Of a DNA stretch of 41,696 nucleotides, positions 33,595 through 41,696 are shown one piece after another. Under the pieces are notes generated by a model. That model worked only from the letters and a program-made list of their open reading frames with translations, was not told the origin of the DNA and ran no database searches. The first letter of the stretch is position 1. Each line of letters starts with the position of its first letter. Source of the stretch: Phoronis australis (lineage: Eukaryota > Animalia > Phoronida); the NCBI GenBank assembly GCA_002633005.1, contig NMRA01001193.1, positions 1 through 41,696 on the forward strand. The letters are read 5' to 3'. A program made the translations under genes and the position numbers.

Positions 33595-36082
33595 TTTCAT
33601 CTGTAACAAATGCTTGAGATTTTTAATTAGATTAACCTCTGCAACCGAACATGATGATTCATATTGCAGTTGTCTATCCTCCATGTGAGCTCTTTTCACA
33701 AACTGATTATTTTTATCTTTTAATTGTTTGTGGTGTTTCTCATTTTAAGTAATGACTAGAAGTGGTTAATGTTTTATTTGAAAGTTAACTTGTACTATCT
33801 TTGTAATCATGAGCGGCGCACCATAGGGAGCTGGGGAGCTATAGCCCCCCACCATTTTCAGTGCTACGCTGCACATGGTAATAGATACGTCAAGTTTCGT
33901 TTGTATCTTAAACATACACCTGGGTTTTACTCAAGAATTTGGCATATAGGTGTGCGGCTCAATCGCGGATATATTTTCATATGTAGGCGCATGGTCCAAA
34001 TTCCTGAATATATCGTACCCATTAGTACTAAACTTAGTGTCAGTAGAGGTGTCAAGAGCAGGAATGCATTCACAGTTTAAAATAGCATTTTAAGGGAATT
34101 GTAACGGGTCATCGATATTTTGAAAAATGTAACGTACGCACATTGTATCAAGTTATCTTTATTCTCATTGCTACCTTAAACTTGTCAACAATAACATTAT
34201 TTATGCACCAAATATGCTAATTGTTTGAGAAGATTTCATCTGATTTTTCCTTTGGGTTCAAGCTTTATCAGCTGTTTTCACGGTGTCAAAATTTTAATGC
34301 TTTTGAAAACAGTTTTGAATATTGATTTTTTGCTACCTAAGACAAGTGCAGGTTTTTGTGTTAATCTAGTCACATACTGCTGGAAAATTAATGTCGCCAA
34401 AAACATTGGAAATCTAAAAGTCTAAACACAGCTGATGAAGATTCTTACATAGTTGAAATCGGAGTCCTCTTCAACACGTGGTGTATTTGGCACATACTGT
34501 ATCTAGAGGGATGCCAAGTGTACCCATGACAAATGTAACTATCATTTTAACATGTACTTCAATCTGTGAATGTTGTATACTAAAACAGTTTTGCAATGGT
34601 TGACAAAAAACTTTAGCAATTTTTCTTGGAAACTAGAGTTCATAAGATTACATTCTTAAATTTTGATTTACGGTAAAAATTCTTCAGGTGGGTAAAAAAA
34701 ATAATTGCAAAAATTGCCATATTTCTATTTCAGAGGCTTACTCATTGTTGCAAATGCTCAATTTTTTACCAAATGTTGTTTGATTTTCCTGAAAAATTAT
34801 TTTTATTGAAGATTTGAAAAACAAAATTTCTTGTGTCGCCATATGGTGTCCCAAATTGAATAATTTTTGCTGTAAATAATATTGTATTCATCATCAATCA
34901 CTTTTGTTATCAAGTTTTCATCGTTGACTTTATGCTGACAGGGTGGTTAGTTAATTTCTTTGTATCCAAGAAGCTCTAAATATATGCATTCTTGCTAAGG
35001 CTTGGATTTTATTTAAAACTGCCATTTTCCTTGTTTTGAAAGGTGACTGTATTCAGCTTCAATGAACCTTCCTTTAGGGCACTGCAAGTCATACTCATGA
35101 ATTCAATATCCTAGAAACGGGAAACTAGAAGGAAAACGACTTTGATTGAAAGATTCTTAGCTCCACGGACAAGAGCGTAGGAATGTACCCCTCCCCAGAG
35201 TGTATCAAGTCTACCAACAAGCGAGTTTCTTGTACAAACATGTGCCATATCCGCGGCTCTCCAATGTGCCGCTAGAAAGTGAAGAGACGCAACATGGTAA
35301 ATTACTAACCACATACGCAGTGCCTTGCCATTCCTAGTTATACTATAAACCACGAGAAAATGAGCAGCAATACCTGACCTTTTCTACACAATTTATGTAG
35401 GGTGACTAGCGATGTGATTGGTTGTCCTGATTTTTGGTAGTATGTAACTCGAAACCGGCTAATACAAAATAGTGTTTGCGGGTGTTTTAATTTGACAGCT
35501 GATCGACTGGTGTTTTGGTGTTTTTGATGCGAAATTGGTGATTTTAAGCGCTTTAAATATGTCACACAAGGAACAGAAATAACCTGCTTCATCCAGACAT
35601 AACATAAGTCATTCATTTTGCAGAATTTATTGAAAGCATAACTTGTATACAAGAGTATTTGCCATTTTCTGGCCACACCTATTAGGAAATACAAACAAAA
35701 CACAAGAATTAAATATAAAAGCATTAGGAAGCGTTCCCATATTACGTCGTCCAAAATTTGCCACTTTTTACCCCTCCACCGCCATTACCCGCCATCACGA
35801 TATAAACCCCCTGCCCAGCGCCTCTAAATACGTCATCACAGCCAACGCCCCTGTTTTTTGGAACAACCGACAGTTCGTTGGAGATTCCGTCTTTATGATT
35901 CTAATGACAAACTAGTGTCCCTTTATTGTCATAAGTTGCATTTGCTGCTGTTGTATTCAGCAGCAAAATAAAATACGCCATTTTAACTACTAAACTACGA
36001 GTAATGAATATTTTCGTACCTAGCTGCGTCACCGGAGTGAGAACACTGAGCAGGGAAAACAAATGCTTTAATAAGGGCGTCC

Positions 36083-37148
36083 TTTTTATACGCCTACACA
36101 TGTGTATGTGGAGGCATATTGCCGCCTCATGGCGTCCGCTGCTGTATCTTGTAAAAATGCCTTGTAGAGTCTTACTAGATGCCTACTAGTATGGGTTTTA
36201 TTTTTTATATGTGCCTCTGTATCGTTGAGTCTCTAGGTGGATTTTCATGAAATTTGGCAAACAGGTGTCTATTGAGGCGGCGATAACGCCTTCCAATTTT
36301 CGGTTGGACGTAATATATCTTGCGCCACCTGCTGGCCAAATTAATTTTTTGAGTCCTTTTCTGTTATTAGCCTCTCCATACGCTAAAAAATTCAGAGGAT
36401 CATCATTGGCAGATTTGTACCTGATGAGAAGATCGCAACTGATGTTGATTTTCGGACGGTTTTTACTGTTTTGGCGCCGCTATTGGCAATTTTGTTGTTT
36501 TGTGCCAATAGCTGTACCTCCTTAAGTCTTTGGAGGATGTCTTTGTTCCTATGGAGATGGCACCAAATGACAACTTGAAGAGTTTCATACCAATCCGACT
36601 ACAGCTGTGCCCCTAGTGCATGGCAATTCATATGCTTATAGTTGCCTCTGTTATTTGGATTTTCGTGAAATTTGTCAAATAGATTTCCATTAAAGAATGC
36701 CTTTTCATTATTGGGCAGAGTTGACATGTCATGCGCCACCTACTGGCCATTTTCAATTTTCATTACTTAGCAGTTGTGTTCCTGATAAGACCATGGCTGA
36801 CGCGGATTTTTAGATAGGTCTCACAACTGTGGCAGCTAGCCCTTTGTGATGATTTTGGGAATTCTTTTGCGGCCACAACTATAGGTCTACTAACTGTGAC
36901 AGTGACTGCCCACGACTACCCACTAAAGGCAATTAGAGTTTTTACGTTTACATCTTTGGAGTCCTTCAGTGAATTTTCATGAATTTTGGCTGTTATGTAA
37001 TAGATAGACGATACTAACCCAATTTCGAACGGGGTTCGACGTATTCTGCGCCACGTAAAAGTCATTTTATGATACTAAAAACTCCTCTTCAAGCACACCG
37101 TTTGCGACGCAGTAGTGGGTGCATTTCAACGCTCTACGTTGCTTTTTT
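36083..37148 (+). mobile_element. Helentron-associated (HINE/DINE-1-like) element, older copy
   Basis: T-run then atacgcctac at the 5' end; internal tandem blocks (tgaaattt(g/t)..., gcgccac); 3' gtgggtgcat subTIR, caacg..cgttg hairpin and T-run. Confidence 0.75.
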
Positions 37149-37684
37149 AATATTAAGTTACAACACTATCAACATGTTACTCTGTTGTCAGTCTCTACTG
37201 AATCAGCACTCTGGAGAGCAAAATTTGAGATTTAACAAGGAAACTTGAGATATACCGGGTAAGTAAGAAAGAAACGTAAAGCAATTCTGGTATATTTAAT
37301 GTAATAACAAAAAAATCCGTCACAACACTACATATATGCAAAATAAGCGAACTGCAAAACATTACCATGCCGGTCACTAGATTACCTGATCATGCCCTAA
37401 TGTGTTTCGTCACTGTGATGATCATCAGTGATGGCGTAATATGTGAACACTCTCTTAACGAGCAAAAGGGAACTCTAAATTTACTAGGTGTCGCTATTGT
37501 GAAACAATGCACATTCGCATACAAATACCTTCACATAGACAACCTTATAAAGCACAAATGCCTCCACACTCATTACCTGCTTTCTGCTCTGTAATCAGAT
37601 ATCAAAAAGTGGAACCTTTATTAGTGTCACATAATAAATATCAAGTCTCCCACTGCTGCCAAAATCTGCCTCTGGTCTCGTACA

Positions 37685-37828
37685 CATGGGTGGCACAGTA
37701 ATGAAAAAAGTGGGAGCTATAGTCCCCCACCCCCCTATGGTGCACCGCCCATGGTCTATGGGCATTGCAGCACTGAAAAAAACTTGGGGAGCTATAGCCC
37801 CCCAGCCCCCTATGGTGCGCCGCCCATG
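37685..37828. repeat. Two tandem hAT-like terminal units, inverted relative to a copy at 33808-33866
   Basis: ggagctatag(t/c)ccccca.ccccctatggtgc.ccgcccatg occurs twice; the reverse complement catgagcggcgcaccataggg...gctatagcccccc starts at 33808. Confidence 0.8.
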
Positions 37829-38200
37829 TCACAGAGCCATTAGGCCCATTTTACCCAAGCCCATATGCCACGTGAGCACTCTGGCCTCCTTTGCGATATT
37901 CTCAGTTTCGTCTGAACAACTCTGACAAGATTGTTTCAACCAGATGCTCAGATGGGATGGGACATCATTAGTACAAATTATGTGTGACCGGCCCTAACAA
38001 ACAAAAAAACCGCAATTTTACATATAAAAAACATTAACAGTATTGGTACTACATTTAATCACATTTGATGATGGCTGCAAAAAGCATTTGGAAAAATCAT
38101 TTGCCTGCAAAATATGATATGGTGTGGTCGTGTGCAAGGAAAATTCAATACAAAAAGTAATTTCAATTGTATTTATAATTTCGCGTACAAACAAATATCG

Positions 38201-38956
38201 AAACAAGAGCAACGCGGAGCGTTGAAATGCGCCCACAATTGCACCGCACACGGTATCCTTCTAGGGTTGTTTATTGGTACCATAAAGTGGCCAGTAGAGG
38301 GCATACTTTGCAAAATGGAAAGGCATGGTCATTGTCTCCTCAATAGGCTAGGGGCAAAATGTGAGTAATCTTCATTTTGAGCGGTTTGGTTGATAGAGGG
38401 TTGCTTAAAGCACCACANNNNNNNNNNNNNNNNNNNNNNNNNNNNNNNNNNNNNNNNNNNNNNNNNNNNNNNNNNNNNNNNNNNNNNNNNNNNNNNNNNN
38501 NNNNNNNNNNNNNNNNNNNNNNNNNNNNNNNNNNNNNNNNNNNNNNNNNNNNNNNNNNNNNNNNNNNNNNNNNNNNNNNNNNNNNNNNNNNNNNNNNNNN
38601 NNNNNNNNNNNNNNNNNNNNNNNNNNNNNNNNNNNNNNNNNNNNNNNNNNNNNNNNNNNNNNNNNNNNNNNNNNNNNNNNNNNNNNNNNNNNNNNNNNNN
38701 NNNNNNNNNNNNNNNNNNNNNNNTAAAATTGCCACTAGGGGGCACACCGGTAGTCGGATCCGTCCGAAAGTTCGCACATGCCGTCCCATTCATAAATGAA
38801 ACATATGTGCCAAATTTCATGAACGTATGTCAAAGGGTTTTGGAGATAGAGCAGCGGACGCCAGACGCCGGACGGACGCCGCCCGGACGGACGGACGGAC
38901 GGACAGAGATGACGGCATAATGCGTCCACATATAAATATGTGGGCGCATAATAAAA
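38201..38956 (-). mobile_element. Helentron-associated (HINE/DINE-1-like) element spanning the N gap
   Basis: On the minus strand: ttttatt-atgcgcccac subTIR, local inverted copy, (gtcc)n microsatellite and atgaaatttggca core; 3' gtgggcgcat, caacgc-tcc-gcgttg hairpin and T-rich end. Confidence 0.82.
38418..38723. other. Assembly gap
   Basis: Run of N. Confidence 1.
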
Positions 38957-39059
38957 TGTCCATTGATCTTATTTAGCTAACGGCATTATATCAACAGGAA
39001 AGAAATTGCGATAGAATAAGTTTTTCATACAATGTGACGATGTTGATCAGGTAAACATT

Positions 39060-39285
39060 TCAAAGTTCTAACATTGGTTATTTTGAAAAGGTAACGAAGC
39101 CGTATTTATCAAAAACAGACTGGCCACCATGAAATGAGACCAAGATCTACAGCTCCTCTGGGTATATGACCCCACTTTAGACCTGGGTCAGAAAAGCCTG
39201 GGTAATCGACTCGTTGAAAAGACCTTTAGATGAGAGAGGAAACGTTCGAGTCATAACTACGAACAAGTTCATAATAAGTGAAATT
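39060..39285 (+). mobile_element. Old Penelope-like 3' remnant
   Basis: EAVFIKNRLATMK*DQDLQLLWVYDPL resembles the KEAxxI...NRDxG..L..Y end of PLE endonucleases, followed by a gaaaagacct...agaggaaacgt pLTR-like motif. Confidence 0.55.
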
Positions 39286-41696
39286 TTTACCTGATTTCGA
39301 AACAAATTGTTTGCTGTGAGGTGTAAATCAAAGCTCCAATAAGGCTTAATTCCATCAGAAATGAACCTTTGGTTAAGTCAAGTTGCCATAAAAATTGGTT
39401 TCAAATTGACCCTTTTCAAGATATCAGGTGACTTTTGTTCGAGATCAGGCAAAAACACGTTGGCTCCTCACGGTGGCTCGTTCCTTTTCCAAGAATGGTT
39501 TCTAAGCAATGCCAGTTCTTTCCAAACACTTCTCAACAATTCGAGACTAATTCTATAGTGGCAACTGGCCTAAGTAAATCAGAACTTGGTTTATTTCACA
39601 AACCTATTTTGAAGCAGATATTTAGATTCATTTCCCATCATGTGACCACCTGAAAAGTGTGCATCATTCAAAACGCTTTACTTGTAGTTTGAAAAAAAAT
39701 TATCAACAAATTTCGACAAAGGTGAGAGACGGAATGAAGAGCCTATATTTCCTTTCCACTTTACAAGGCATTTAACACATAGTATCATAACCAGGTTCCA
39801 AACATTGTATGTATTTGTCTCTGACATGTGATCTTTAACAAAAGGCAAAACATAGTATTTTGTGAAAGAAATTTCACAGGATTTAGTACCAATAAGAATG
39901 ACTTTGAACCAGTGGTATATGTTTCTAACCCCTAAGGTCATAGATGAATGGAACAATCATATTGGTTATTCCTTTGTAATCAAGACCCCCATGAGCCTGC
40001 AGGTGCATAAAGTTGCAACAGGATAAATTACCCACTGTGGACACTGAATAGCCTTGCCCGGAATGGAACATGTGTTGTCATTTTAGGTGTTTTCTTTGCT
40101 CACTCTCCTCTTGGTCTTGCTCCCGATTTGTTTATAATTAAATGCCAAATAAGACTTATAAAGTGAAACTGGAACTTGTGCTTGAGAAAGGAATTCAAGA
40201 AACGAATGATTTAGACCTTTAAAAGAGGGCCACAGAAGAAATTATTGAGGGTCGAGCATACCCCATGAACTCAGAATGTCCATCCACTGTTTAAGTTACA
40301 CAACTGGTTATTCAGACTGTTTTTCATGTTCAATTCTACCATGTAACTATTTTAAATTAAATTTCAGTTGAGATTTGAAAGACAAGTGTAGAATACAAAA
40401 TTACATCCTTTGGTTTGATTGCTCGAGGCAAAATGACTAAGATGCATATGATATGGGTAGTGTTCTGAATTTTACATGGCATTCCATATAATTTCATCTG
40501 CCTTTGATTGCTACTTATACATCATCAACTAAAGTACAACCAAAGACATTCTTAAAAATGTAATTGAAAAAATTTGACATCAAGTTCTCATAGTAGGTCC
40601 AAGACCACATTTGGTGTTGACTTTGATGATAATAAGATATTCCCATTCTTTGATATAGTAAATACCAAACAGCTACAGTAATTGTTTGACTAAGTATGGT
40701 GCTTCAGGGGTATACCTATTGCCTATTTCACAAACTGGGAAGATGGCAGAAGAGTTTGTTTAACTAACTTGATGTTGTTTGCATCACAGTTAGCCAAGTA
40801 ACATTTCATCAGAGTTGTATAGGTTTATAGTGTTCTTTCAGAAATTATATATTTTTTGTTTTTCTTCTGTTACATGACAATGTTGTTGAAGAAAGAAAAT
40901 TTAGTTATTGTATAGTCCTACTGGTACAGTACTTAACTAACTCTTCTGTATTGTGAGTTAATTTTGTGGTAGAACTTAGTTTTCTGTGGTATACTGAATT
41001 TATAGCATAATAATACTGTCAACAACTATGACTGAAGTGGAAGCCATTCTGGCACCTGACTATCGGAAAAGGAAACCCGTTCCTGCAAAGAAATGCCTTT
41101 CCAACAGGGTGTATAAAGTTCAGCATGCAGATGGCCATTCCTTCATACACAACTGACACTTTGTGTGCAAGGTCCAGAGCCACTGAAGATATCTCCAAAG
41201 ACACAGTGGCACTATATTTGCCGCTGAGTACTCACCAGCCACAACCCCTCCAAACCAGTAAAACCGACAGAGTCTATCCTGTAGCTAAGCTTTTCTCTCT
41301 CTTGTAAGTAGTTGTGGAGTTATTGTCACTCTCCTGTATTCATACTTCGGTTGGAGATGAGAGGGCTTGTCTTCAACAGTAAAGTTTGTTACACTTATGA
41401 AACTACACTGACAGTCTGCCCACCCACCCAAGAAGAGCTTGGCCGCTTTGTTGAAAGATGGCGGTGCATGAGTTTGACTTAATTCCGTTCAAAATTGAGC
41501 TGTGCAAAATTGAGGCAACACCTCAACTACCAGACCAGTTGTGGCATTACCTAAGGCGACATGCACAAGATATACGGCTTCTGTTTTTATCAGCAGAAAG
41601 AAATCAAGCATGGTGATTGATGTTTAAATAAGGAACTGGACGCGTTATTTGATGTCCAGGGAGCATTGATGACCCATATCACCTGCATCTGTGTGC

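Noticed and set aside
32525-33699. Pro/Leu-rich and His/Thr- or Cys/Val-rich ORFs
   Set aside because: They are translations of the purine minisatellite and the (GT)n repeat.
34425-34475. ctgatga...gaaa hammerhead-like core
   Set aside because: Stem II pairs poorly and I see no convincing stems I/III or adjacent PLE coding sequence.
38329-38920. Long ORFs of 140-176 aa
   Set aside because: They are open only because they cross the N gap.
41019-41696. Coding-like stretch, and a 17-mer (ttatgaaactacactga) shared with 2517
   Set aside because: Frames are short with no recognisable family, and the match does not extend.
1-41696. CRISPR array, prokaryotic defence operon, tRNA or rRNA genes
   Set aside because: No repeat-spacer periodicity, operon structure or recognisable structural RNA; the spliceosomal introns show the DNA is eukaryotic.

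Overview
AT-rich, intron-containing eukaryotic DNA, most likely from an invertebrate animal (inferred from the transposon repertoire). The main feature is a + strand SAMHD1-like HD-domain dNTP triphosphohydrolase gene. Eleven GT-AG exons (9926-28855) splice into one open 475-codon frame. A probable SAM-helix exon lies at 8581-8647; the 5' start and terminal exon are unresolved. All metal and catalytic residues are kept, but the two sugar-gate residues and one allosteric residue differ from human (L150M, Y374C, N358D equivalents). The rest is dense in decayed mobile elements: a CR1-group LINE with a 2A/StopGo motif before its endonuclease, a Copia 3' end with PPT and LTR, two Penelope-like GIY-YIG remnants, a P-like and a Kolobok-like THAP element in SAMHD1 introns, two Helentron-type (HINE/DINE-like) elements, several MITEs and a perfect 225-bp palindrome. 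Two duplications at single-n gaps look like assembly artefacts. I found no convincing new multi-gene system. Human residue numbers and exon sizes are from memory and need checking by alignment.
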